A stretch of 63,579 nt of DNA, filler included, from Octopus bimaculoides (taxonomy: Eukaryota): assembly GCF_001194135.2 (NCBI RefSeq). It is 8 parts of 8 records of this genome, joined end to end, with 100 filler letters (N's around TTAATTAATTAA, not from the genome) between each part and the next. Parts side by side here need not be neighbours in the genome. Positions count along the whole stretch, not along the records: positions 1 to 4,305 come from NC_069004.1; positions 4,406 to 16,366 come from NC_068990.1; 6 more parts are not named here. The stretch is one strand, 5' to 3'. Positions within the stretch are counted from its first letter, which is position 1. Each line of letters starts with the position of its first letter. Shown in pieces: positions 1-13,091 of this stretch. The notes beneath the pieces are model-generated. The model saw only the letters and a program-made list of their open reading frames with translations. It had not been told where the DNA came from and did no database searches. The position numbers and the translations under genes are program-made.

Positions 1-67
1 CTTTGACAACTATATCTGGTCTATTGGCCTTAATTTCTCTATCTGTGTGTAGTGGCATATCCCAGAG

Positions 68-68
<1 letters not shown>
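1..68 (-). mobile_element. R4/Dong-type non-LTR retrotransposon fragment (endonuclease region), cut by the window edge
   Basis: Bases 1-68 closely match 61372-61440 (tctctgacaactatatccggcctattggccttaatttctctatctgtgtg), which encodes the RPDIVV motif of a restriction-like endonuclease on the minus strand. It abuts a long (ATT)n tract. Confidence 0.8.
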
Positions 69-129
<61 letters not shown>

Positions 130-146
130 TACTATTATTATTATTA

Positions 147-220
<74 letters not shown>

Positions 221-250
221 GTTATTATTATTATCATTATTATTAATTAT
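69..250. repeat. (ATT)n/(TAA)n microsatellite
   Basis: About 60 near-perfect ATT units read directly. Confidence 0.98.
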
Positions 251-251
251 T

Positions 252-445
252 GAGGCAGTGAGCCGGTGGGATCGTTGGCACGCATTACGCCTGTCACTGC
301 GTTCTAGAAGCAAATAGCGTCGATGCTTACTTTGCTTTTCATTATTTTGGGGTCGATAAATTAAGCTCTAGTGGAACACTGGGGTCTATGTGATTGATTA
401 GTCCCTTCACCAAAAATTTCAGGCCTTGTGCCTATAACAGAAAGG
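252..445 (+). mobile_element. tRNA-type SINE, family A (degenerate copy)
   Basis: Matches the ~210-bp unit aaggcggcgagctggcagaa...gagttcaaattcc...ggggtcgataaattaagtacca...ggccttgtgcctagagtagaaa seen about 20 times in the window. Flanked by ATT tracts. Confidence 0.85.
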
Positions 446-452
446 ATAATTA

Positions 453-505
<53 letters not shown>

Positions 506-507
<2 letters not shown>

Positions 508-699
508 GGCAGCAGTCTCTCAGAATCCTTAGCACACCGAGTGAAATGCCTAGCGACATATTGTCCGTCTTTACGTTCTGAGTTCGAATTCCGCTATGGT
601 CGACTTTGCCTTTTATCCTAACGGGGTCGATAAACTATGTACCAGTGAAACACTGAGGTCGATGTGATCGAATAGTCCTCTCTCTACAAATTTCAGGCC
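506..699 (+). mobile_element. SINE family A copy
   Basis: aaggcagcagtctctcagaatccttagcacaccg...gagttcgaattccgc (B-box-like)...ggggtcgataaa...tttcaggcc, directly after an ATT tract. Confidence 0.88.
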
Positions 700-938
700 A
701 TACAATGTCAACAACGCAACTAACAATGTCAGCAATAGCAGCGGTGCCAACGATGGCAGTAACAGCAACAACAGCTACAATGATGGTTACACCGTGGGCA
801 AACACACATACACATACATACACACACATGCACACACACAAACAGGGACACACACAAACAAGCACATAAGGATAGACATCTTAGAAGAACAGAATAGAGT
901 AAGTGGTGCAAGAACGCACGTGAAAACGAAAAGTGTCA

Positions 939-966
939 CTGAAGAGGTCACAGGTGTGTGACGAAA
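939..966 (+). ncRNA. Hammerhead ribozyme core (candidate), upstream of a Penelope-like ORF
   Basis: CTGAAGA (939-945), extra G, stem II gtcaca/tgtgac (6 bp, loop ggtg), GAAA (963-966). Stem I and the cleavage triplet are not convincingly intact. Confidence 0.55.
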
Positions 967-1164
967 AATTTCCGGAAAATGGACGTGAGTTGAAATAATA
1001 AAATAAGAACAGTAATAGACAAGTGAAGAAAATATATATATATAGTGCATATGTTTATTTGGCAAAAAATTAACCATCCAGAAATACAACAATATATATT
1101 TTACCACACGATTTCACATCAGAAATCTTGGAAAACGAATTGATAAACGTATATACATATAAAA

Positions 1165-2480
1165 CACCCCGAAGTTCTACCGGACCGCATAAACCAGACA
1201 TTTATCATTGAATCCCTGAAGTTCATCCTTCAAAACAACTACTTCATATTCGATACAACATACTATTGCCAAAAATGCGGTATTGCGATGGGTACTAAAG
1301 CTGTGCCTGTTCTGGCGAACCTAATAATGGGTTACTTTGAATCTACCTTGTATGAACTCTCACTCCAAAAATTTGGACCACCATTCCACCACTATATAAT
1401 AGAAAACTGGAAAAGATATTTAGACGATTGTTTTATCATCTGGAATGAAGCCTATGATAATCTGCTGTTTTTCATATCTACACTGAACAGTATTAATCCC
1501 AACATCCAGTTTACCATGGAATACAGCAAGGAACAACTCCCTTTTCTGGACATCTTGATTTTTAAAATGTCCAACAACCACATCGCAACTGACATTTACT
1601 ACAAGCCAACAGACTCTAACCAGTATTTCCTTTTCAGTTCATGCCATCCTAAACACACCAAAATAAATATTCCATTCAATCTAGCAAAAAGGATTTGTAC
1701 GATTGTATCTAACACAACCACTCGGGAACTTCGATTGCAAGAACTCAAAATAACACTCATTGAACGTCAATATCCAGCTACACTTATAGAACATGGAATT
1801 GAACGTGTCAAGAAATTAGACACAAACACACTAAGAACAACAAAACAAAACACCACACCTCACCTCAAATCACTCCCATACATATCAACCCACAACCCTA
1901 GAAACAACGAAGCATACAACGCAATTATACAAAATCTTCCTATCTCACTCAGGACCCGAAAATGAACAGCATCCTAAATAAACACAAATTACTAAAAAGT
2001 AAAAGACAACACAAATCACTCAAGAGACTCCTTACAAATGCAAAACTATTCTCAATACATACAAAACCAACAGTTAAAAAATGCAGACGACCCAATTGTG
2101 GTACATACCCACACCTAAGGGAAGGCTCGCAATCCACATTTCAGCAAGGACAAAAATTTTCTATCAAAATTAACTTCACATGTGCCTCCCACAACCTTAT
2201 CTATGTCCTAACCTGCTCAGGTTGTGGCCATAACTACGTAGGCCAAACGAGCCTTTCTTTGAGACTCAGAGTCACGGTGCATAAGGAACAGATTCGCTTC
2301 CCCCAGTACAGGCAAATTGCACTGAGCGCACATCTTGACAAATGCGCAAGAGATAAAACGCCGAAGTTCTTTATCTTCCCCCTGTACCAGTGCAAAGATT
2401 CAATTTCAGTGCAAGAACGACTAAATAAAGAGAATTTATTCATTCAAAAATATAAACCACACCTCAATATTCAAACCTGA
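1165..2480 (+). mobile_element. Penelope-like retroelement, 5'-truncated: RT C-terminal half plus GIY-YIG endonuclease, one frameshift
   Basis: Reads NNYFIFDTTYYCQKCGIAMGTK, WKRYLDDCFIIW, LPFLDILI, TDIYYKPTDSNQYFLFSSCHP (RT; ORF 1288-1965), then CRRPNCGT..FTCASHNLIYVLTCSGCGHNYVGQT (GIY-YIG; ORF 1962-2480). The two ORFs overlap across one frameshift near 1940-1960. Confidence 0.95.
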
Positions 2481-2872
2481 CAACCCCAGAAACTATACTA
2501 AGTAATCAGTTATCCCCCTTGACACCCATTTCCTCTCTAAATCTTTTCTTATTTTTCAAACAGCCAAAATGGCGAAAGCCCCTCATGCGNNNNNNNNNNN
2601 NNNNNNNNNNNNNNNNNNNNNNNNNNNNNNNNNNNNNNNNNNNNNNNNNNNNNNNNNNNNNNNNNNNNNNNNNNNNNNNNNNNNNNNNNNNNNNNNNNNN
2701 NNNNNNNNNNNNNNNNNNNNNNNNNNNNNNNNNNNNNNNNNNNNNNNNNNNNNNNNNNNNNNNNNNNNNNNNNNNNNNNNNNNNNNNNNNNNNNNNNNNN
2801 NNNNNNNNNNNNNNNNNNNNNNNNNNNNNNNNNNNNNNNNNNNNNNNNNNNNNNNNNNNNNNNNNNNNNNNN

Positions 2873-2907
<35 letters not shown>

Positions 2908-3990
2908 AAGTAATTAAGATTCATTTGAATTAGGTACTTAAGTTGAAGCACCAAGTCAGTCCTTTATTATCCCCATAGCTCGAAGTAAGGTGAATAAAAT
3001 CAAAATAAGTAACACGATGTCAAGTAGTCACGCAGTACGACCGTTTCAAGTGGCCTCACTTACTGGAACGATGTAATCATTACATCAATTTAAATACAAC
3101 GCTACCTTCTGTAGCAAGAAATATGGATTTTCAACACACAAGATATATTAATATAATTTTTTTTTAATATTTTAACAGAGCAAGAGGATGAAAGAATTTC
3201 CTGTTGTCACTATAGCAGCAAGAATAGCTAAGAGAAGAATAACTACAATTTCGGGGGTGTGGCATGGGACACAGAGGAATCATAAGGTCGTAATTCATTT
3301 CCAATTTATCTATCTCCTTATCATCAACAAAAAATCTAAGACTAGAAGACTGCATTTATGTAGACGAAAGAGCAAAGTGAGTTGACAGCTCATAGCTAGC
3401 TGTTGGTCATAAATTTCATACTGTCACAAGTATCCCTCAACCCACAAGGAAAAAGACAAAACTTTAGAAAGAGTCAACTAGATAGTAGTAAATGTCTATA
3501 AAAGAGGTAGGGTAGGGTTGACATTAATTAATGATGTTTTTACCAGTTAAAAGAGCAAACATTATGAAACTTAGGATGCTACTATGATATCTAGGAAAAC
3601 ATTAGGGGCTCAGCGGGAGAACACTTATGAGCAAATATTGTTATGTTGTATAAAAATAATAAAATTGTAAAAATAAAAGTTAAAAAAAGGAAAACATGCT
3701 AGAAAGCATTATCTTAACCAGATTAGCTAGGAAGGATATATGGATCAATTTAAACATTAAACAGATTATTAATAAGTAGAATCCACTTAATACCTCATCA
3801 TTGCATAATTAATTATTAGCTGGTCGCTATAAAGACCACTCAAATCAAATATCTAAGAAAAGTTATATATCTCGTCTGTTGAAAATTCTTATTTCTTGCA
3901 GCTGAAGATAGCGCTGTATTTAAATTGATGTAATGATAACATTGTTCAATTAAATGGAGCCGCTTGAGACGGTTAATTACTTTGATGATA

Positions 3991-4305
3991 TCTATAATCT
4001 ATATATATATAAAACTGAGCCTGTCTGTCAGTCAATCTGTCTGTCTGTCTGACTGTCTATATTCGTGCATCACTGAAACTCGAGAGCTACCCAACCGATT
4101 TCATTCAAATTTTACACATGCCTTACATAGAGTCCATGCAGTGTCGTGGACCAAAACAATTTCAACTTCTTACCTAATGCGAGCCCGGAGCAATCTCTCA
4201 TCTCTTACAGTATTTCAGTATTACGTGTCAAAAGTGAAACAATAACATCTCTATTGTGAGATAATATTTCAGTTTTAATAGTTTCACTGAAACTATTATA
4301 TATAT
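3991..4305 (+). mobile_element. Non-autonomous Helitron-like element, 5' portion
   Basis: Starts A|TCTATA..TATATATAAAA, followed by (CTGT)n and accgatttcattcaaattt. This layout is typical of non-autonomous Helitron/DINE-like elements. The 3' end is lost in the gap. Confidence 0.6.
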
Positions 4306-4405
4306 NNNNNNNNNNNNNNNNNNNNNNNNNNNNNNNNNNNNNNNNNNNNTTAATTAATTAANNNNNNNNNNNNNNNNNNNNNNNNNNNNNNNNNNNNNNN
4401 NNNNN
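4306..4405. other. Artificial scaffold spacer: 44 N + TTAATTAATTAA + 44 N
   Basis: The same N-TTAATTAATTAA-N block of about 100 bp recurs near 16367, 18315, 23163, 27198, 34527 and 43052. The 12-mer has stop codons in all six frames. Confidence 0.95.
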
Positions 4406-4478
<73 letters not shown>

Positions 4479-4864
4479 CATGTGCAGAACCTCCATTGGT
4501 CAATCTTGGCTATCCATCTGCACATGCTTGTTTACATTTAGTGAGGAAGGGGGCTACAAAAGTGGTGTTGTTGGCATTTCTCCTGTCAACAGATCCCTTA
4601 CTCCCTTTGCATCTTCAGAGACAAATGTGAAGAAGGGATCCGTTACTTGAAAAATAGATAAGGGTTAGTGACAGCTAGGGCATCTGGCTGTAAAATAATG
4701 CCTCAATAATACATTTGTCTAACCTATTCTGAGCACGGAAAAAGTGGTCATCAAAATGAACAAAAAGTACAGATATATAAATATATCCACTATGAACGTG
4801 TATGTTCATGCATAAACACACACACACACACACATGTATGGTCAAGCATTGCATATGTCCATAT

Positions 4865-5150
4865 CTTTTGTCTTTTGCTTGTTCCAGTCACTGGACTGTG
4901 GCCATGCTGGAGCACTGCCTCAAAGGGTTTTAATCAGACAGATTGACCCCCCACCCAGTAGTTATTTTAAGTCTGGTACTTGTTCTATAAGATTCTCTTG
5001 CCAAACAGGCTTCCTCACAGTTTCCACCTACCAAATCCACTCACAAGGCAGTGGCCAGCCCAGAGCTGTAATAGAAGATATTTGCTCAAGGTGCCACGCA
5101 GTTGGAATGAACCTGAAGCCACATGGTTGAAAAGCGACGTTCTTAACAAC
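4865..5150 (-). mobile_element. tRNA-type SINE, family C (degenerate)
   Basis: Reverse complement of head (gtggcaccttgggcaa..agaagac, ccttgtgagtggatttggtag) and tail (ccagcatggccacagtc) seen at 13092-13485. Confidence 0.75.
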
Positions 5151-5598
5151 GACGTTCTTATAAATGCACACACACACACACACACACACACGTATACACC
5201 TACAAAACAGATTTAGTTTCCATCTGGTTTGATTTTGTAATTGTTTATACAAATATAAACAAAATAAATACACCATATGTACACACACATTATATATACA
5301 CACACATTCTGTTTGGGACCTCATCTTATGTATGTATGGTGTGTGTGTGTGTTCAAATTTAAGTCCAAAAATAATAAAACAAACAACAGTACGTAATCAG
5401 TGTTGTCCCACTGTCAGAGCCTCCTAAGTAAATGCCAACATTTGGAAATAATTCACTTTTTAAGACTAGAAATAAATAAGCTATTAACAGAGATAGCATC
5501 AGCTATTGACTAGTTGAAAAACCTATTTTAAACTGACAAATAAAGGAACAACAGCCCCATTTTGGGGGACTTAAGCTCTATTTTGAGGGTGTATACTC

Positions 5599-5895
5599 TT
5601 AACCCTTTCATTACCATATTTGGTAAACATATCTGTTGCAAAACGTTGCTTTTGTTTCAATTAATTTTGAAAATAATGAAGAATTTATTAAAATAACTTT
5701 GTCATTATTCAGCTTGTGTTTGGAATATTAACATAAAATTTTAATAGTTTTAATTTAGTTCACTTTAACCCTTTTCTTACAACATTTCAAGAGAAACTTT
5801 GAAAATAATGACTACTTTGGTAAAAATAATTTTGCCTTTAGTTAGCTGGTGTTTTTGGAACTTAAATTGACATGATGGAAGGTTTTAATTTAGAT
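5599..5895 (+). repeat. Unclassified interspersed repeat (family F), two tandem units each starting TTAA|CCCTTT
   Basis: ttaaccctttcattacc at 5599 and ttaacccttttcttac at 5765. The body (tttcaattaattttgaaaataatga...agctggtgtttggaac) recurs at about 46390-46520. TTAA-CCC starts suggest a piggyBac relationship. Confidence 0.5.
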
Positions 5896-5964
5896 CTCTC
5901 AGTAAACTCTATAAACTGCTATGCTGTGAGAACTCATTAGATTCGTTGAGAAGAGGACACCTCT

Positions 5965-6208
5965 TTAGTGCTGGTGCCACAAAAAAAAGCACTCGGTAAG
6001 TTCAAGAAAATGGCTGGTGTTAGGAAGGGCATCAGGCTGTAGAAACCAAAGCCAAACATTAAATGCAAGCAAGATGCAGTCCTCCAACCTATCTAGGTCG
6101 ACACAGTACCCTTGATTATATACTGACTCTGACTGTGACAACCTATCTGACCCATACCAGCATGGAAAGCAGTTGTAAAACAATGATGATGATGATGATG
6201 ATGATGAC
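5965..6208 (+). mobile_element. RTE-type LINE 3' end (family B)
   Basis: gttaggaagggcatc..gctgtagaaac...acccataccagcatggaaag..(GAT)n tail, as in 32706-32975 and 40254-40595. Confidence 0.75.
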
Positions 6209-6447
6209 ATAAACATTACCCTTGCAAAGCTCTATAAATCTAATCCTTGACATGATGAGTTGTTTGAGGACAGAAGTATAAGCTTAAATGTGACTCTAAT
6301 TATAGTTACAGTTTCTTTATCTTTGTCACGGTGGTGGTGCTGGTGGTGTCAATGATATTTCAAGAGTTTAATGAAGTCTCCAGACGTGAAACAGTCTAAG
6401 AATTGGATAATAAACCACTTCACAGCAAATATGATCGCAGATGTGAG

Positions 6448-6493
<46 letters not shown>

Positions 6494-6899
6494 TGAGAAT
6501 CTTTATATCTAAGTGTGTGTGTATGTGTGTGCATNNNNNNNNNNNNNNNNNNNNNNNNNNNNNNNNNNNNNNNNNNNNNNNNNNNNNNNNNNNNNNNNNN
6601 NNNNNNNNNNNNNNNNNNNNNNNNNNNNNNNNNNNNNNNNNNNNNNNNNNNNNNNNNNNNNNNNNNNNNNNNNNNNNNNNNNNNNNNNNNNNNNNNNNNN
6701 NNNNNNNNNNNNNNNNNNNNNNNNNNNNNNNNNNNNNNNNNNNNNNNNNNNNNNNNNNNNNNNNNNNNNNNNNNNNNNNNNNNNNNNNNNNNNNNNNNNN
6801 NNNNNNNNNNNNNNNNNNNNNNNNNNNNNNNNNATATATATATATATATATAATGTATGTGTATATGTGTGTGTGCATATAAGTATATGGATAGATAGT

Positions 6900-6985
6900 G
6901 GTATAGAGGAAGCCAGATTTTATAATGCCTGTGTGCGAACATCTATGCTATATGGCAGTGAAGCATCAGCTGTGACAGCTGAGGT
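6900..6985 (+). mobile_element. RTE-type LINE RT fragment
   Basis: Translates RFYNACVRTSMLYGSEASAVTAE, matching the RTE-clade LYGSETW region. Confidence 0.7.
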
Positions 6986-7887
6986 ATGTATGTATGTATG
7001 TATGTATGTATGTATGTATGTATGTATGTATGCGTGCATGTATGTATGTGTGCATGTGTGTGTGTTCATCTATTCATTTGAATCATTTTATGTCCATTTT
7101 TTTTTCCATACTTGTTTGTATGAACTCAGCGAATATATTATTTGAATCTTTGTTTTACAGCCAGATGCCCTTCCCATCACAAACCCTTATCTTAACTATT
7201 TTTCAAGTAAAGGATCACTTATTCCATACAGCTTCAAAGGCATGAAAGGACCAAAGGATTTGGTGATTGGAAAAGTGGCAACTTTCTTACAGTCACAGAT
7301 GTAAACACACACACACACACACACACACACATGCATGATGATCTGCTTTCAGTTTACAACTACCAAATGTGTGTGTATGTGTGTGTCTGGTTGCAGGTAT
7401 GGTTGAGTCATTAAGGAATTCACATCACAATTATGAGATTATTGGTTCAATCCCCTTCCACAGTAGATCAGGAGAGTGTCTTCCAGTAAGGGTCATCCCA
7501 AGCCATTTGGGTGAAAATAAGGGACATTGTCCAAAATGGGAGTCCATCAGTTGCACAATATCTGTAACTTATTACATGTGATGTCACACTGAAACTACCT
7601 GAGGATTATATGAGATTACATTTCTTTGCGGAATAATTAGCCACCTTCATCATCATCAACCACTGGACATTACTGTCTTGACTCTTAAGACTCATAGGCT
7701 TCCATGGTTTATTAGTGACCAATACCACAATATTCTCCACTTAACAGGAGGTCAGTTCATTGCAAGGCTAATCGTTTTACAGCTAAGTAGACTGGGGCAA
7801 CATAAAATGAAGTGTTTTGCTCAGGAACACAACACATCAACTAGTCTGGGAAATGAATATATATATGTGTATGTTTGTGTGTGTGTG

Positions 7888-7934
<47 letters not shown>

Positions 7935-8084
7935 NNNNNNNNNNNNNNNNNNNNNNNNNNNNNNNNNNNNNNNNNNNNNNNNNNNNNNNNNNNNNNNNNN
8001 NNNNNNNNNNNNNNNNNNNNNNNNNNNNNNNNNNNNNNNNNNNNNNNNNNNNNNNNNNNNNNNNNNNNNNNNNNNNNNNNNNNN

Positions 8085-8089
<5 letters not shown>

Positions 8090-8132
<43 letters not shown>

Positions 8133-8330
8133 ATTTGTGTCCTAATGACTCTGCATAGTGTGACAGCAGTAAAATATCACCATCATACAACAAGTGTTGT
8201 TTGCTTCCAGTCTTCCATGAAAACATATCTGGCCATGGGGAAATATTACTTTGCTTGGAAACAGGTGAAGGTTGGTGACAGGAAGAGCATCCAGACAGAA
8301 AATCTGCCTCATTTTTATCTGACCAAGCAA
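8090..8330 (+). mobile_element. SINE family C variant with RTE-like tail (C2), 3' part
   Basis: (TG)n then catggggaaatattactttgcttggaaacaggtgaaggttggtgacaggaagagcatcc, also seen at 29470-29530 and 31710-31740. Confidence 0.7.
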
Positions 8331-9359
8331 GGAAAAATAGATTCTGCTGACGATATATATATGCTCACGCTCAATGCATATATACACTGATGATATAAAC
8401 ACATATACACATACATACATCAACAAATATCATCACACACACACACTCACACATGCAAACACAGAGTTATGTATGGGTTAACATATTTAATCTAGGGAGC
8501 CAAAAGGAATTTTTAAATAACTGAAATTAAACATGTAATAAGGAGAAAAATCATTAACTTTACTGACAATTTTTGTAAGGGAGAGAACTTTAAAATTTAA
8601 ACTGATTAAAAATGAAAATGTTTGTAATGAATGGCCAAAAGATCAGATGAGCACTTTTGGCTGTTTGGCATTTTAAAAACTTTTGGAGAATATTAGAAAA
8701 TCATTATCAAGCGTGTATACAGACTCCTTCAAAATAAACACCAGGAAATATTTTCTTAGCAACTGATGCTTAGTTAAGATAACTATTTCTGTCTGAAAAT
8801 GTTGATGGGCTTCACATAAGAACATTGCCATAAATGCACACACATATTTGGAAATATATTACTATACATACAAACATACACATACATACATTGAAACATG
8901 AACTTATACAAAACTATATTCATACATATAAATGTGAATACATTATATACATACATATAATTATATACATACATATAATTATAAACATAGATATTCTATA
9001 TACATACACACTTTCTATAAATAAATATTCTATGTTTATAATTTCACATATGGAAACATTGAAAATTCTCAATGTTGAGTTTGATATTGAGATAAACCCT
9101 GTCAAATAGAGTTATTATTTATTATCAATGGGTGAATATATCCACATTTAAGACTGAAAATCAATTTAGCTTTCAACAGCTAGGTGGACTGAGACCATGT
9201 TGAATAATGTAGAACAAGAAATGGCCAACTGGAGCAGATATGATACCATGGTCTATGAACTGATATTCCAAAACCTTCAACCCGTTCAGCTATTCTTTTC
9301 TATAGAGATCTATATAAAAGTGTGTGTTTGAGTACACACACACACATGCATGCACACAT

Positions 9360-9690
9360 CTTCATTGTTTATATCATTATTTCAATGTCCATATTTCCAT
9401 GCTTGCACAGGTCAGAGGAACATGCAGAGGCAGACAGTCTTTGGCTCTTCCTGTCACCAATCTTTGTTTGTTTCAAGCACAAACAATACAATGATCAGAT
9501 GTCTTTTCACAGAAGATTGACAAACAAATGACACTGCTTATTCTGTTTAGAATTGGTATACACTGTCAAAAAAAAAACAATGACATATACACATTTAATG
9601 TACTTCATTCCATTTCTCTCCACCAGATTTACTCACAAGGCTTTGGTTGGGCTAGTGCTGTAGTAGAAGACACTTGCTGAAGATGAGACA
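9360..9690 (-). mobile_element. SINE family C2 copy (degenerate)
   Basis: Reverse complement of the tail catgcaagcatggaaatatggacattgaaa at about 9375-9410 and of the head ccaaagccttgtgagtaaatctgg at about 9620-9690. Confidence 0.6.
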
Positions 9691-9807
9691 ATTTCTCTGG
9701 CACCAGTGAATGAATGAAGACAGAATAGGGTAGAGAGAAATCACTCATCTTTCTGAGCATGACTGACATAAATGCTTTCCTGTCTTCAAACACATGAAGA
9801 GAAATAT

Positions 9808-9850
<43 letters not shown>

Positions 9851-10048
9851 GGGAGAGAAAAAGGGGCATTAAAATGAGAGAAACACTAAAAATATCTGAT
9901 GTCATGTAAATTGCATCAGATAGCAACATCAAATACGTGATACCAAAATGGTTGTACCAAAATGTATGAAAATACCCCTGTAAGTAATCACTCAAGTCAA
10001 ACTAGTATCTGGGACAAAATGATTCTGGCCTGATATCATGTATATTAT

Positions 10049-10225
10049 GGTGCTGAACTGACACCATCGTTAGCATGCTGGGCAAAATGCTTAGTGGCAT
10101 TTCATTTGTCTTCACATTTTGAGTTCAAATTCTGCTGAGGTTGACTTTGCCTCTCATCACTTCAAGGTCAATAAAATAAATACCAGTTGAGTACTAAGGT
10201 TAATGTAATCAACTTAACTACTCCT
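10049..10225 (+). mobile_element. SINE family A copy
   Basis: cgttagcatgctgggcaaaatgcttag...gagttcaaattctgctgaggttgactttgcc...aaataaataccagttgag. Confidence 0.8.
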
Positions 10226-11062
10226 CCATATAGCTATGTCTGCACCTCAATTAGCTTACAGAATAGCTTGGGAGAAGTAGTTAAAAAGTTTAAGAAGCAC
10301 TAAACTGGAGAATGGATTTGAAGAACTTGATGCGGATGTGTTGTGTGAATAGATTTGGTTGTGGGTGATTGTAGGAACCACAAGATAGAAGAAGTAATAG
10401 ATAGCACTGTTGCCACCATCAATGAACATCCATCCACCTATCTATTGATCTATCTGACAAATAACATAGGAGCATAGCTATAGCATACTTTTAAAGAAAA
10501 ACACAACAGCAACATCATCATCAACAACTTACAAAACAAGCATATGGACCCATGAAATGCAGTTTATTCTTTTTTTTTTTTATTAATTCTTTTTACTTGC
10601 TTCAGTTTCAAGACAGCCGCCATTATTATTTTTTGTTCCATAATGATGATGTATTTCACAAAGAACAGATTAACCGTGAGTTTTAGGTTAAACCAACAGA
10701 AGAAAATCTACAACAAAAACATTAGCACTCAATTGATTTGTCTTTTGTTTCATTTATTTATTTTTCAATCACAACTTTTAAAGGAATTAAGGTTATAAAT
10801 CGTTTCTAAAGTTTGAAAATAGTTGAAGGATTATTTATCTTGACATTTAAATGCACAACTGTCTTGTAGTTCCTCCAATGTCTTTTTTAGCACTACCCCC
10901 AATATTTTGTATATAAACAAAGTCTATGTTGATAACACTTTCAAGTAAACAGTGAATGTGAAAGACCCTTGAAACAAGAATTTTTAGTTCAGTATTTTTC
11001 TTAGAAGAAGAGGAAAACAAAATGAAGGAACTCTGTCAAAAAATCAGAATCAACAAGTAATC

Positions 11063-12104
<1,042 letters not shown>

Positions 12105-12500
12105 TTTAATAATAATAATTATAATCTCCTACATGCATGAAGAACTAATTTTATTTGTTACTTCTGAGAATATCTTTTTGTTATTTTTCCTTAGCTGCCC
12201 CCATCCCCTGCCTATACCCAGGAATAACAACAACAACAAAAAAAAACTAAAAACTTAAAGAAAACAACTCAGATATGTAGAATTCACTTAAATAACAAGT
12301 GCAGAAGAATTTAGTCTGTGACAAATGATGTTGGAACCAGATGGAATAGAAAGATTGGAAGAAGAACAGTAAAAATTCAAGTTACACTAATACAATGGAA
12401 AAAAGATACAGACAAACTACAGAGCATAGAACCATCATGCTTATTATCTGTGTCATCGTCATTATTATTTTTATTATTATTAATACTATGATTATTATTA

Positions 12501-12557
<57 letters not shown>

Positions 12558-12558
<1 letters not shown>

Positions 12559-12845
12559 GGTGGATGTCAGTACTCTCGACCGGCTTTGTGCTGGTGGCAC
12601 ATAAAAAGCACTATCCGAACATGATTGATGCCAGGCCCGCCTGACTGGCTCCTGTGCCAGTGGAACATAAAAACCACCTACTACATTCTTAGAGTGGTTG
12701 GCATTAGGAAGAGCACCCAGCTGTAGAAACATTGCCAGATCAGATTGGAGCCTGGTGCAGCTGCTGGCTCTCCAGACCTCAGTCAAACCATCCAACCCAT
12801 GCCAGCATAGAAAATGGACGTTAAACGATGATGATGAAGATGATG
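12558..12845 (+). mobile_element. RTE-type LINE 3' end (family B)
   Basis: ggtggcacataaaaagcac...gagtggttggcattaggaagagcacccagctgtagaaac...ccaacccatgccagcatagaaaatggacgttaaacgatgatg. Confidence 0.85.
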
Positions 12846-12846
12846 T

Positions 12847-13027
12847 AGTGAGTTGGAAGAATCATTAGTGTCAGGCAAAATACTTGGCAGCATTTCTTCT
12901 GACTCTTTATGTTCTGAGTTCAGATTCTGCTGTGGTCAGCTTGAAATAAGGACCAGTTGAGTACTGAGGGGAAGGGGGTGTATCTCCCTCCCCTCAAATT
13001 TCTGGCTTCTGTACCAATAGTAAAAAG
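12847..13027 (+). mobile_element. SINE family A copy (internally deleted)
   Basis: gagttggaagaatcattagtgtcaggcaaaatacttggcagc...ctgagttcagattctg...ccagttgagtactgaggg, followed by an (ATT)n tail. Confidence 0.8.
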
Positions 13028-13028
13028 A

Positions 13029-13081
<53 letters not shown>

Positions 13082-13091
13082 CATTAGGTAC

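Noticed and set aside
3-317. Poly-Leu/Ile/Tyr ORFs, and similar poly-Asp, poly-His, CV- and HT-repeat ORFs throughout (for example 21927-22501, 23581-24221, 33347-34151, 55446-56090)
   Set aside because: They are translations of tri-, tetra- and dinucleotide microsatellites with no complex sequence.
3180-3290. Possible host exon after a polypyrimidine/AG (ORF 3188-3385)
   Set aside because: No recognisable domain and no partner exons. RNA-seq or homology would be needed.
4350-4361. Recurrent TTAATTAATTAA palindrome (seven copies)
   Set aside because: Always centred in an N block of about 100 bp and stops all six frames, so it is a scaffolding linker and not biology.
9180-9330. Short open frame RWTETMLNNVEQEMANWSRYDTM
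   Set aside because: No recognisable family and no convincing splice donor.
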